DNA of 63,651 nt, the filler included, from Octopus bimaculoides (taxonomy: Eukaryota): assembly GCF_001194135.2 (NCBI RefSeq). It is 7 parts of 7 records of this genome, joined end to end, with 100 filler letters (N's around TTAATTAATTAA, not from the genome) between each part and the next. Parts side by side here need not be neighbours in the genome. Positions count along the whole stretch, not along the records: positions 34,971 to 59,328 come from NC_068988.1; positions 59,429 to 62,374 come from NC_068991.1; positions 62,475 to 63,651 come from NW_026317288.1; 4 more parts are not named here. One strand, 5' to 3'. Shown here piece by piece: positions 49,736-63,504 of this stretch. The notes under the pieces are model-generated. The model ran no database searches, was not told the origin of the DNA, and saw only the letters and a program-made list of their open reading frames with translations. A program made the translations under genes and the position numbers. Within the stretch, counting starts at the first letter, position 1, and every line of letters starts with the position of its first letter.

Positions 49736-50559
49736 TATATATATATTAACTGCACATATTCAATGTATGTGTTTTGCTTGTTTGCCATTTCACAGCAGTA
49801 AAATGCTTTCCCTCATAACATTGGGTGTTAAAATACCTGAAAGTCATAGACAAGTGAGAAACTCATCTACAGTCCCATTCAGGAGTGATGGATACTGATA
49901 TTTTGCCATTGTTGTGACTTATCAACATCACATACCTGAATCAAACTAGGGACGAACTGAGTTGCCAGTGTATGACTATATACAAATAGTGTAAGAATCA
50001 TTTGTTAGTATGCCATGATGATGCATCTGTAAGATTAAATTTCCTAGCAGTGCTAGTGTTGTAAACATTAACAACCACACATACACAATTTTTCTTTATT
50101 TTTGTGCTTGTTTTTTGGTTTGCTGTGTTGCAGTACTCTGGTAATGACTCCCTCATAGCACTGATTGTTAAAATACCAGAAAGATAGGTAAGACAAATTG
50201 TCTCCAGGGGTCATTCCCAGAGCACTGCACCACAGCAAATTGGATAATACGAAATTTTGTTATTTAGGTCAAAATTTGCCTTTGTCAACAACTGTTTGAA
50301 GTGTTTTTGTTGCCTTTTACTTTGGACCAGTATTTGATTAGCAATTACAACTTTTAGTTCATTACCTTGACTGATGATAGTAAGTTTAATTTAGAAGCAT
50401 TAAAGATATTTAGGTGATATGGGCTGTGCATGTCAATATAAATGGTATGATGTTCTGTTCTTACATTTCTCTTTTTTGGGTTGCTCTAAGTTATTCTCTA
50501 GGTATTTGTTTAGCATGCTGTGTACCATTTTCTGTAAGTAGAGATGGATATTTTTGCTT

Positions 50560-51950
50560 GAGTAAAAATTCTTGGAGTCCTGTGAGACATTTATCTTGCT
50601 GTCTACATCATCAACAATAGTACGAATTTTCTGGGATAGACAGTTTGGGATATTACATTTTGTAGGTGTTGGCTGGCATAATTTAAAGTTCAGGTATTGA
50701 TGTGAACCTGTGTCTTTATATATACCAGTTGTGATGGTGGTGTCATTTTTTTATTACCATTATGTTGAGAAATGGTAATTTAGTAGTGCTCATATCAGAG
50801 TTGGATGCAGATTGTTCACAGGAGTATTGAATTCCTCCAAAGTATCTACAGATTATTATGAAATAATCATCTAGGTATCTCTTCCAAAAACCTTAAATAT
50901 TCTTCTAAATTCAGTGCTGTAATTTTCTTCTGCTCTTTGATGTAGTTGTTGTTCTAAGTATCCCATTAATGAGTTTGTCTAAACTGAACCAAAGTTAATT
51001 TCCATTGTCATGCCTCTATTTTGAAGATAATTCTTCCCATTGAAAATGAATGTATTGTTTTTAAGGATAAGGATAAAGGCCATAGTGAATCGATTAGGAA
51101 TCACTCCTCTATTTTTCCACCCAATATTTAATTGCCTTTATTCCTAAATCATGTAGAGGCTTACTATATCAATACTAAGTAAGAATGAATTCGATTCTGT
51201 TGTTTTGGGAAAATGGAACAGGATATCAATGTCAATTCTAAGTAAAACTTGGTATGTCAGTACATAATGGTATCAAAATGATGTCAACAAAATTGCTTAG
51301 ATGATGAGTAGGGCATTCTGGACCAGCTATGATAGGTCTTTCATTGAGGATCAATTGAAGGATACAATATTTTACTGTGAAATACCTTCAAATATTTGAA
51401 GGTATTTCGCAGTAGGATGTTGTATCCTTCAGTTGATCCTCACCTAAATCTTGCAAATATTTAGCATCTATTATGACAATACTACTCACCTTTATCTGCT
51501 TGTTTGATGATTATTATATTATCATTTTGCAGACTTCTCTGATTTGGTAATACTTGGTCTAACACTAGTATTATGCCTAAATGGAAATTTGGAAGGGATA
51601 TCAATGTATTAGTCTAAATGAACATTTCTTCTTTTTGGTTGAGTGAATTTGGATTTATTCCCTATCAGGAATTCATCAATCTCACTATTATTATTGGTGC
51701 AAAATGCAACAAGTCATAACTTCTGACAGAAATTTTGGATATCCTTCTCTAACTTTTGGTGATTGATTGTTGGTGTATGTGTGAATGCAAGTCCTTTCAC
51801 CAAAAGCTTGATTTCATCATTTTGATTTGGAATGGTAAAGGTAAATCCTTTTGTTCGTTCTGTAATAATGAACTGTACTTCATCCTGTTCTCAGAGAATC
51901 CTCTTGTAAACATGTTTAAAGAATGTGTTAATCATTGCAGACATTGGCAA
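50560..51950 (-). mobile_element. Decayed Penelope-like element RT region
   Basis: Minus strand ADKG..., SIDIVSLY, ILKNNTFIFNGKNYLQNRGM, FWKRYLDDYF (50866-50877), LPFLNIMV; boundaries approximate. Confidence 0.8.
51345..51442. repeat. Spacer-less palindrome with 49-bp arms
   Basis: Centre ...caaat|atttg...; 44 Watson-Crick pairs and 5 T.G pairs on the + strand. Confidence 0.95.
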
Positions 51951-53426
51951 AAACATACCTTTAGTTCCTATAAGTGATTTCTACCAGTCTATTAAGTTCG
52001 ACCTTTAACTGTCTTCTTACATTTCACTTTCACTAAATATATCTATTTCCACACCTTTAATCTTTATTCCTATTCATCTATCACCCTATATTTCTCCATT
52101 TTTAGTTTTCTGCTGATTTCTTTCTTCCTCCTCCTTCTCTTTCTATAAATTGCCTTTGACATTATATCTGTTAACGGTTTTTAAAAAAAAAATAACTTAC
52201 CAGCGTTCCCTTCATCATATATGCAGTAATCACATTTGGTTAAAATCTCTTATTGATGCGTTTTGTTTCTCTCTTTTTTTTCCCTGATGAGAATATTGCA
52301 TTGTTTTACATCATTTATTCCTTCTGGAATAATACCGTTTTCTTTGAAACATATGTCGGAAATATAAAGATTTGAATGACACCTGCATTTAACTCCATAT
52401 ATATATATGTGTGTGTGTGTGTGTATGTGTGTGTGTGTGTGTGTGTGTGTATTCATGAATACATTCTACAATGCATCCTTTGTTTCAAATGTGGTGGGAT
52501 GTAAGAGAGATTTGGCTGCTATTTCTAGCAGGTCAAGCAACTACGTAGAGGCTTTCTCATTGGCTCCACTCCAAGCATTTAGTTCTGATAGGAACACTAT
52601 GTTAGAGTTGCTATTTAGCTGCATTTGGTGACATTATGTCAGTGTTGGTGTTTAATATATCTTCGTTGTGTACCTCAGTCTGTGTGTCTATATATATACT
52701 TTCTGTATTTACATTATCCTCTGATATTTAGTGTTTCTCGGTTGACCTTGCACCCTGGGTAAGGTACCTTTAAATCCCTATGGCAAACATTCAGATCATA
52801 GCCATCACTGTTCTATCCACTCACATTTTTTTCTACTACCAAACTCCCCCTTCTCACTGATATTTCATTATAAAATAGCTGAGTTGCTAAAGTATTGAAC
52901 TAATTGCTCAAAGGTCTTGAGTTCAAACAGCTAACAGAGGAGGTAATTACTCTAACATCTGCGAATGTTTTTTATATATATATATGTGCATGTGTGTGTG
53001 TGTGAGAGAGAGAGAGAGCTAGTAGTAGAATACTATCATCTTGAAGAGCTAAACACATTGTAACCTTTTATTACTAAACATCTACAATGGAGTATAGCAG
53101 TCATTAAAGTGAAACCTTTGCTGTGAAGTTGTGTTACCTGCTACAAACTAAACACCAACAGTAGAATACTAAAGCTTATTTAAACCAAACATTGTTGGTG
53201 GAACCTTGTAACATATCAGATCTTAAACACTGGAATGATAAAATAGTCTGTTAAACAAATTGCAATTCTTATTTACTAAAGACAAAACAATACAACATTT
53301 ATGTCATGATATATCAAATTTATATTATATTTATGATGTATTTTGAAGACTGTTAGGCAATGCTGGTGAGAAGTTAGACAAAATATGTGAGGTGATGCCA
53401 ATAAATAAAGACAAAAACAAGATATT

Positions 53427-53640
53427 CTTTTCTACTCTAGGCACAAGGCCTGAAACTTTTGGAGAGGGGGCCAGTCGATTAGATCAACCCCAGTACACAA
53501 CTGGTATTTAATTTATTGACCCTGAAAGGACGAAAGGTAAAGTCGACCTCAGCGGAATTTGAACTCAGAACGTAAAGACAAACGAAATAGCACTAAGCAT
53601 TTCACCTGGCGTGCTAACGTTTCTGCCAACTTGCTGCCTT
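53427..53640 (-). mobile_element. SINE family B with 20-bp TSD
   Basis: aaagacaaaaa(c/t)aagatatt at 53407-53426 and 53641-53660. Confidence 0.88.
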
Positions 53641-55233
53641 AAAGACAAAAATAAGATATTGTATCACCTACATTATTGTTTAATATTTCTATTATATTTT
53701 GGTAAAATTCTTTTTATCAAATATAAGTCACAGCACACCAGAATGGCTTGCCAATAATATTTTTCATCGCACTCTTGGATTATTTCCTACCTTATATTTG
53801 ATAAAGGGAAGCTTTCCTAAAATGTAATAAAAACCTTAACCAACCTATGTAAGGTGATGAAGTGTCTTGTCTTAGTATTTATTTATAAGCCTCAACTTAC
53901 ATATTTTGCTCAACTCCTCACTAGCATTGCTTAAATGTCTACTTAAAAATATGTCTATCACTTACATATTGCAATGCTTCAAGCAAATTACAATACTCTT
54001 TCATGATATATTATTTTATAGTTAAATCATATTTATGTAATATTTATTTTTATACTTGAAGCAAAGACTAAACCCTTTAATGTCTCCATACAAAATGGCC
54101 CAGTATGCAATTCTTTAGGTTTATTGCTAGTCTTCACCATGCTGGGCATGGGGTCATTTCCATAACCATAACCACTCTACCAAAACTTGGCAACATAGAA
54201 CAGAAGACTTCACCTGTTAAATGTCTCAATAATCCTGATAATTGTTATGTAATGTGTGGGTGGTATGAATTAATGAAACTAATTCTCTGACAAGGAAATA
54301 TAATCAAAATTTCTACTGAGGAAACATGTTAGGACTATTGACAGTATTTGGTTTGAACCAAATGTGGAGTGGAGGAAGGGGACATCAAGCACTAGCAATT
54401 AATTTTATCTTCTATGTAATCATGGATTAATCTAATTGTTAATCTTCTCCAATATTAAACTAATTAACCCTTAGAACCCGAAATACCCGTGCACTGGCAC
54501 TATGCCAAGACTGTATTTTCCCAAAATGCCGGTCTACCAGCACTCTACATGTCTTCATTTTGTTACACGTTATAAAAATAACCACTTGAGCCACTTAGCA
54601 ACCAGTCCATGAACATGTTATTTTGGGTCTTCAGCATACATATTCTATCATGGATTGTGGTCCAATTGGCAGAAACTTCTGTACATTTTTGGATGCTGTT
54701 ACAATTTTTCTCCTGAAAATAGCTAAATTGATTGAAATGCACCTCTTGGATAATGAATATGAGGAATGATCTGCCAGTGGGGAAGAATAGCATCCCAAAA
54801 TATGGAGAATGGGGAAGGTGTACATATATTGTTATGTACATATATCTACTGTAGTTTTTGGTGTATGACCCATGGTTTCTGGTTGCTAAATGGGCATAAA
54901 TGAGTCTTACACAATTGTTAATACAAATGCTTGAGATATTTTCGGACTGTTTTCTTTTCTAATTTGTTTTGTAACCAATTGATCAACTGATTCCCCATAT
55001 TTTCATGTGTATTTATTGTATCCCTATGGAGTGTTGCATGGATCAAGTTGTGGTTTTCAGGGTTGTGGGTCTATGGGCAGTGCAGTTCATAGTCCAGAAA
55101 TTATGGTACAAGAATGTATATCATTTTTTCCCAAGTTAATTATCCTGCATTTTATAGGGAACTGTGAATCATTGAAAAACTGTAAGGGAACTGGCATGTA
55201 AAATTTTTTGAAAAGTTTGAGAACCACTGCAAT

Positions 55234-55304
<71 letters not shown>

Positions 55305-55391
55305 TATACCCCAAAAGTTACTCACATACACTTACTGAAATCTGTAACCTGTTGTGTTAGGAGGAAGTATATATACATATATATATATATA

Positions 55392-56430
55392 CAGGGTGCA
55401 GTGAATAAACTGTTGTCTAAATTATGCAAAAATGAAAACAGAAGACTATTGAGCCTTATATGATAACCAGTTGATCTAATTAATCTAGCAAGTGGGGCCT
55501 CATATCAGTGAGGGAAGCCAGTGCGCATTGATACTGTCGAGAGGTAGGCCCCGAAACAGCACACATTCTCTCCTGATGACCCCATACACTTGCTGGTTTC
55601 CGATATGTGGAGCTCTCAACTGGTAGCACTTGGATGTGCAAGATGTTTGCAAAACATCAGAAAAATATCTTAAAATACTAAAGAGTAGATTAATTCAATA
55701 AAATCGCTATTGGCTTCAACCACAGCCTCCAGACGACTTCGGAATCTCCTGCAACTCTTCTGGACAATCTTCTTTTTTAAGTTGATGAATGTTGCCATAA
55801 TCCTTGTCTTCTGTTCATCTTTGGTGTTACAGGGAGTTTTGTTAGTCTCTTGCTCAACTGTGCCTCACACAATAATCAAGAGGGTTGCAATCTGGGGAGT
55901 TAGGTGGCCACATGTTAGGGGTGATGTGGTTGCAGAAATTATCTGACAGCCATGTGTGGCATGATGCAGAATCCTGATATAAGGTCTTCCAGCAGCCGCC
56001 CTCTTAACCCAGGGCAGCACTACCTCCTCTAGGCACTTGATATAAGCCTCCATGTTGAGTGTGAGGCTGAATGGGAAGATGAATGGAGGCAAAACGTTGC
56101 CATCACTAGTGATCACTCCAAACATCTTGATGCTGACTGGATGTTTGATTTTTATCTCTCTTGGTACATGTCCTCAAATTACACTGTTCTCAGATTGACA
56201 CCCAAACACTCTGAAATGTTCGTATTGGAGCTTCCAGCATGAATGCCAAGCAGTACAGCATGTCATTTCCAAGTTTCTGGCAGAGTGAATTGCATCATGG
56301 TGCTGGTTTTCTCATAGACAGTGCCCAACTGACTCTACTATACTGTGTAGTCGACAAAATCAAAAACCAAACAATGTGCATGCATGAAATTAAAAATATA
56401 AAATGGCGAAAATTTACCCCTTGCACCCTG
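55392..56430 (-). mobile_element. Internally deleted maT/DD37D-like Tc1-mariner element
   Basis: TA|CAGGGTGCA ... TGCACCCTG|TA ends; MFGVITSDG..., WPPNSPDCNPLD, RLEAVVEA. Confidence 0.8.
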
Positions 56431-56467
<37 letters not shown>

Positions 56468-58028
56468 ATGTGTGTGTAAAAGTGTTGTTGTTTAACCCCA
56501 AGCCAGATCTGAGAAGACCTACAGTCAGTGACCTGCTAGTGTTGATCATCCCATCGTTTTCAGACAATAGTGTATTTAGGAATACATTTTTCGGTGTGTC
56601 TTATTAGATTTGGCTGTTATTTCTAATACATTGTGTACAACCATAAAGAAGGTTCTATGTTAGCCCATAACGAAGTCTAGATAAACATAATATAAACATC
56701 TTAAAATCTATATTTTCTGCCATCATCATCACAACTACCATCACCAAGAGCATTACCTCCACCACTATCATCACCACAATTACTAACAATAACTGCTGTC
56801 ACCACCACCACCTCTACTACTTCTATCACCACTACTACAACTACCAGCAATACTGCATCACTACTACCACAAACAATAACACTATCTCCAACACTACAAC
56901 TACTACCAATACTGCAACCACCACATCTCCTATACAACAACTACAGCAATTCTGCACTACCACCACCACTACAGCTACCATCATCACCATTACAGTCACC
57001 ACCACCTAAACCACCACTTCCTTAAGTGCCCCATCACTATTACCTCCACCATCACCACCACCACCGTCATTACCGCTAACCTTTTCCCCTTTGTTTCATT
57101 CATACCCCCTCTCCCATCCTTTCCTATCTTGTCTGTATTTTCTCTCTCATCTTGTATCAATTTCTCCCTTCTCTTTATTTACCCCACTCCCACAATCTTA
57201 ACTTTCTTTCCATTTATATATTTTCACTCTAATGTGAAATTACATTCCATTACTTAGTACCTCCTCCCCTTGTCTGTCCTTCCCCCTTCACTCCTGCAAG
57301 TAATAACTTACACACCCCTATTCTCTTTCTCTGTTTCCACCTTAAATTGAGCCCCTTCCCTACATGCCCAACACTTAGGGCTATTTACAGTTTTAGTAAT
57401 TACCTAGGTTGTGATCACATGTCCCACCACCACCACCACCACCACCAATCCACCAGCAAATGCGCCACTCCACCTACCATCTTACCCACAGCTGCCAACT
57501 GAACTGCACACAGGTGCAGTTGATTGAAAAAGCTGGAGCATCTTCATAAAATGATTCACTTCAATTTTGGATGGCTGAAACTAGATTCCCCTCACCACCT
57601 CACTCTTCCCCCATAACATTTCTGGTGATGGGATGTTATCAATGTATAACACAAATTTGGAGTAGAAGTGGTTAGAGTGTCAGACAAAATGATATTTTTA
57701 GTTTGGAACCTTTCCACTCTGAGTTCAAGTTCTGCTGAAACATATATTTCATTGAAGTTGGTTACTCATGAAATATGCATTTGTTAATTCACTCAACTAT
57801 GTTAAACACTCAAAATGTTAATTCATTCAACAATCCTGCTACTTCCATCCTACTAAACACTTGTCAATATATATGTAAAACATATTAATCACCTTATGAA
57901 CTTATGTAACTAAGTATTAATTAGTAATAACATGCTAATATGTAGGCTACATACTGGCAGTGGTGACCCATTCCATCTATAGAAAATCTTGTAGAAGTAA
58001 TATATTCCATAATGAAGCTACAGGCTAA

Positions 58029-58320
58029 TATTCTGTAATGAGTAGACAGACAGTATATTCTCTGATGGAAAAACAGGTAATATATTCTGTGATGAAAACA
58101 CTGAAGGTATATTCTCTGATGAAGACAGAGGTGGGATATTCTGTGATGAAGACATGTTGTATACTGTGTGAAGACACAGGTGGTATTTTCTGTGATAATG
58201 GCACCATATGATGCAAACAGTAGCAGTGTATTCTGTGATGAAGGCACAGGAGGTATATTCTATGATAAATATACATGTAGTATAGCTGTTAGGAAAGACA
58301 TGGGTATATATTCTGTGATA
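58029..58320. repeat. Degenerate ~27-bp minisatellite with tattctgtgatga core
   Basis: ~10 core-like motifs at 25-50-bp spacing. Confidence 0.8.
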
Positions 58321-58694
58321 ATTTATTTGGTTTATTCGTATGGAGTCAGAGAGTGAGGTCAGTTTAGATGAGATGGTAATATTTTGTATTGAGTCTGAGA
58401 GCAAAATTATACATATATGTGTCTGTGTGTGTGCATTTGTGTATATGTGTGAATTTGTATGTGAAGTGTTACAGATGAGGAAAGTATGGCAACACATGAA
58501 ATTGCAAAAGCTGTAACTAGCCTTCAGTGATGCATATAGAATACAGTTCAATATGAAACTGCAGTGATGGTGGAAGTGGTGGTAGCGATAATGGTGGTAG
58601 TAGTGATAGTACATGAATTTGGTGGTGATGGTGTTTGTGATTGTGGTCAAAGTTGTGGTGATAGTGGAGGTGGTAGTGCTGGTTGTGATAAGAA

Positions 58695-58929
58695 AAGGCA
58701 GCGAGCTGGCAGAAACATTAGCATACTGGGCAAAATACTTAGCGGTATTTCGTCTACTATTACGTTCTGAGTTCAAATTCTGCCGAGGTCGACTTTGCCT
58801 TTCATCCTTTCAGGGTCGATAAATTAAGTACCAGTTACACACTGGGTCGATGTAATCGACTTAATCCATTTGTCCATCCTTGTTTGTCCCCTCCATGTTT
58901 AGCCCCTTGTGGGCAATAAAGAATTAAGA
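58695..58929 (+). mobile_element. SINE family B
   Basis: Match to the family B sequence. Confidence 0.85.
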
Positions 58930-58934
58930 ATGTA

Positions 58935-59328
58935 ATTCATTTCTAAGAGATGTAGATAAAGCAATTAAGAGTATGAAGACCGGGAAAGCCCCCGGCCCAT
59001 CAGGAATCACTGCAGAGATGCTCAAAATATCTGGCAGTGTTGGCTATAGCCTAGTCACCCGTATTACGAACCAGGTGATACACGAAGGAGTCATACCCAA
59101 TGACTGGTGTAGCAGCATCATAGTCAACTGCTACAAAGGTAAAGGTGAAGCTTTAGATACAAATAATTACAGAGGCATCAAGCTGTTAGATCAGGTTATG
59201 AAAGTTACAGAGAGGGTCATAGCCCAACTAATTAGGGAGCGAATCAATTTAGATGAGATGCAGTTTGGGTTCATGCCAGGTAAAAGCACTACTGATGCCT
59301 TATTTCTAGTGAGACAGTTGCAGGAGAA
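58935..59328 (+). mobile_element. RTE-clade LINE RT N-terminal fragment, open frame to the gap
   Basis: MKTGKAPGPSGITAEML...YKGKG...NYRGIKLL...QFGFMPGKSTTDA. Confidence 0.9.
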
Positions 59329-59428
59329 NNNNNNNNNNNNNNNNNNNNNNNNNNNNNNNNNNNNNNNNNNNNTTAATTAATTAANNNNNNNNNNNNNNNN
59401 NNNNNNNNNNNNNNNNNNNNNNNNNNNN

Positions 59429-59486
<58 letters not shown>

Positions 59487-60955
59487 TGTATATGCATCTA
59501 AAAAGAGCGAAAGAGACAGCATGCATAGTCACTACAACACAGTACACATTTTGCACAAATGCACATAACTAGTCATTAACTAATTAATTACACATCATAT
59601 CACACACACACACACACACACACACACAACATTTATGCACCCCACCTACACACACACAACCACCACCAACGTAAGCACACATGCACACACAGAACAAAGC
59701 ACCTTCTTTCCGTCACTGTCAGCATCACGATCATCATTTACATGCTCGCATCTAAACAACAAAATACCTACACTCATCGTCATCATCGTGACCCACAGTA
59801 GCCAGGGCTGGATTAAGACCCATAGAGTCCCTAAACCCTTAAAAGGCTTTTGTGCCCTCAAGCATATGTAAATGGTTAAAAATGTAAACAATGATAAACC
59901 ATAAAATAAATTTCTATTTTTCAAAATGAAACAAAATTCACAGTAATTCAATGTGCGTGGCTCCTTGGGCAAGTGTCTTCTACTATAGCCTGTGAGTGGA
60001 TTTGGTAGAAGGAAACTGAAAGAAGCCCGTCATATATATGTATATATATGTATGTGTGTGTGTGGTAAGTAGCTTGCTTACCAACCACATGGTGCCAGGT
60101 TCAGTCCCACTGCATGGCACCTTGGGCAAGTGTCTTCTACTATAGCCTCGGGCTGACCAAAGCCTTGTGAGTGGATTTGGTAGATAGAAACTAAAAGAAG
60201 CCCGTCGTATATATATATATATATATATATATATANNNNNNNNNNNNNNNNNNNNNNNNNNNNNNNNNNNNNNNNNNNNNNNNNNNNNNNNNNNNNNNNN
60301 NNNNNNNNNNNNNNNNNNNNNNNNNNNNNNNNNNNNNNNNNNNNNNNNNNNNNNNNNNNNNNNNNNNNNNNNNNNNNNNNNNNNNNNNNNNNNNNNNNNN
60401 NNNNNNNNNNNNNNNNNNNNNNNNNNNNNNNNNNNNNNNNNNNNNNNNNNNNNNNNNNNNNNNNNNNNNNNNNNNNNNNNNNNNNNNNNNNNNNNNNNNN
60501 NNNNNNNNNNNNNNNNNNNNNNNNNNNNNNNNNNNNNNNNNNNNNNNNNNNNNNNNNNNNNNNNNNNNNNNNNNNNNNNNNNNNNNNNNNNNNNNNNNNN
60601 NNNNNNNNNNNNNNNNNNNNNNNNNNNNNNNNNNNNNNNNNNNNNNNNNNNNNNNNNNNNNNNNNNNNNNNNNNNNNNNNNNNNNNNNNNNNNNNNNNNN
60701 NNNNNNNNNNNNNNNNNNNNNNNNNNNNNNNNNNNNNNNNNNNNNNNNNNNNNNNNNNNNNNNNNNNNNNNNNNNNNNNNNNNNNNNNNNNNNNNNNNNN
60801 NNNNNNNNNNNNNNNNNNNNNNNNNNNNNNNNNNNNNNNNNNNNNNNNNNNNNNNNNNNNNNNNNNNNNNNNNNNNNNNNNNNNNNNNNNNNNNNNNNNN
60901 NNNNNNNNNNNNNNNNNNNNNNNNNNNNNNNNNNNNNNNNNNNNNNNNNNNNNNN

Positions 60956-61121
60956 GTGGTGAAAGCGCACAGCAGGGTTCGCCACCATCCCCTGCCGGAG
61001 CCTCATGGAGCTTTTAGGTGTTTTCGCTCAATAAACACTCAAAACGCTCGGTCTGGGAATCGAAACCGCGTCCTATGACTGCGAGTCCACTGCCCTAACC
61101 ACTGGGCCATTGCACCTCCAC
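60956..61121 (-). mobile_element. tRNA-derived SINE family C, 5' part
   Basis: Minus strand gtggaggtgcaaTGGCCCAGTGGtt...GGTTTCGATTCCC. Confidence 0.85.
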
Positions 61122-62487
61122 ACAGCACCATATTAAATCACTAACATATCACTATCATCAATTTAATCTCCACTGAAATCAATCTTCTTATCGCTACCAA
61201 TGATAACAGCAACATTATCGTCACCACCACTTCCACCACCACCACTACCACCGCTACCACCACAACCAGTAATGTAGCTTGTATGTGGTTACATGACCAT
61301 TTTCCTTTTTTTATGTTCATGGTGAACTGGCTTAACTGTTAGAACGTTGGATAGAACGTTCTACCTTTCCCTGCTCTGAGTTCTAATCCTGCTGAAGTTA
61401 GCTTTACCCTGATCCTTTCAGGGTTGATAAAAAGGAATCAATCTAGGACAGTCCACCACAAAATCTACTTCTTGTTGTGATGTGGTGGTTTGTATGCTAT
61501 GCCGGTGTAGCACAAGCTTCTTGTAAGGCCTCCCATGCTGAACAGGTCAAAGAGCAAAGACCAGTTTAATATGGGCCACCTCTTCCCAGAGGTAAAAATA
61601 GGTTTGAGTAGGGCCAGTACTTCTACCTAGCAACAAAAAGCAGTGTTACAGAAGCAATGCTGACAGTTCAAAATCAAGAAGGGCTGAGATAGAGGGCCTT
61701 TCTTCAGGGAAACATCTGACAACATATGACACAGTGGAGCAGAATCGCAGAATCTGAAAGGACACGTCAAGCTCTGATCTGGAACCCACGAGAGAGAGAG
61801 AGAGGTGGAAGAGGGGATGACCTAAAATCAGCCAGAGGAAGGATACTGAGGCAGAACTGAAAAAGAAGGGATCCAACTGGAAGGAAACAGAAAAGACAGC
61901 CCAGGGTTGAGAAGCATAGAAAAAAGTCCCTCTTAGCCTATGTTCCGTAGGGAGTGAAGGACTTAATTTGCAAAGAAGAATCTAGAGTAGTGGATTGGTG
62001 GAAATGTAGAAACGTCTGGTCAGGTGCCTTGTGGTATTTTGATCCAGTTTTTTGCATTATGAGACCTATGTGTTTGTGTGTGTGTGTGGTAGACCTTAAT
62101 TCATCGTTTGGTATAACTCTATCAACTTCTACCTTGGGTGGGTGCTTTTAGAAGGGTTTACTCTTTTGCAAGCATTTGGATCAAGACTCTGGTTTGGAGA
62201 CAACCTTCCACCCTCCAACCTTCAGATCTTGGAAGCCCCAGCAAAGGGTCATGAGCACTATCTTTAGTCTGGATTACCCTCATCATCATCATCATCATCA
62301 TAATCACCTTCATCATCAGCGCCAGCAACACCACCACCACCACCACCATCATCATCGTCATCATCATCATGGTTNNNNNNNNNNNNNNNNNNNNNNNNNN
62401 NNNNNNNNNNNNNNNNNNTTAATTAATTAANNNNNNNNNNNNNNNNNNNNNNNNNNNNNNNNNNNNNNNNNNNNCAGGAACAAGTAA

Positions 62488-62525
<38 letters not shown>

Positions 62526-62699
62526 TTTACACGCAATCACACGGATACACACTTACACAGATTTACACGCATTCACACACCACACAATTACATACACACT
62601 CAAACACGCTCAAACACACACATTCAAACACACTCATGCATATTCATACATATGAGTTAACAGGGTCATGAATACAGACACAGCAGAAAGAGAGAGAAA

Positions 62700-62753
<54 letters not shown>

Positions 62754-63177
62754 AAAGAAACGAGATAAACTTTAAAATAAGTCATGCGGTCAATTTGTTC
62801 GACTAAAACCCTTCAAGGTGGTGCCCCAGCATGGCCGCAGTCCAATAACTGAAACAAGTAAAAGATCAATGATAATAAAGATAAAATTCACTTCTGTTTG
62901 AAATTAATTTTGCGCAAAAAGTTAATATTCATTATTTTGCCATAGCATCATATCCACTGCAGCTTTTGTGCTTCTAGAGTTTTGTGTGGTTTAGTGACCC
63001 TTATGGAATGATTTTTATTGAAATTGAGATAAAGGATGGTGAGGATATCTAATGAAAATATTTTGGGTCTTAGCACATCATCGGACAGTGTTTTCTGCTC
63101 ATTGTTAACACAACTCTACTGAATTTTGACCATCAAGATACATGTTTTAGTTTAATCCCTTTAGTCACTTTCCACAG

Positions 63178-63355
63178 GATTTGGGAGACGTCAGATTCCA
63201 CCAGATATGAAGGTAATAGAGAAAAGATATTAAGGAAGATGGAATACGAATATGATGACTGGTTACTGTTGGAGTATAAAAAGATACTGCCCAATGCTAA
63301 ACCATTCAAAGGATGTCTAAAAAACAGAGATTTGTTTCTTCATAATGACATTTGA
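63178..63355 (+). CDS. Candidate terminal exon, unknown product
   Basis: tttagtcactttccacag| acceptor; 58 open codons IWETSDSTRYEGNREKILRKMEYEYDDWLLLEYKKILPNAKPFKGCLKNRDLFLHNDI* in AT-rich DNA. Confidence 0.5.
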
Positions 63356-63504
63356 CAGTTTTTAGCTTATAATTTGCAGATTTAGTTGTGTTTAAGATTC
63401 TGTATCTCCTTTTGTATTTTCTCCATCGTAGGTAGAAGACGCCTACATTTCTGGCCAAAATCTTACTACAATTAAGCTACCTATTCACGAGATCTACTAC
63501 TCTT

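Noticed and set aside
54215-54262. CLNNPDNCYVMCG resembling a DNA-transposase N-terminal C-x-N-x-P-D motif
   Set aside because: Too short and isolated to assign a superfamily.
58293-58306. GAAAGACATGGGTA matching part of miR-71
   Set aside because: No hairpin, the 3' half does not match, and it lies within a minisatellite.
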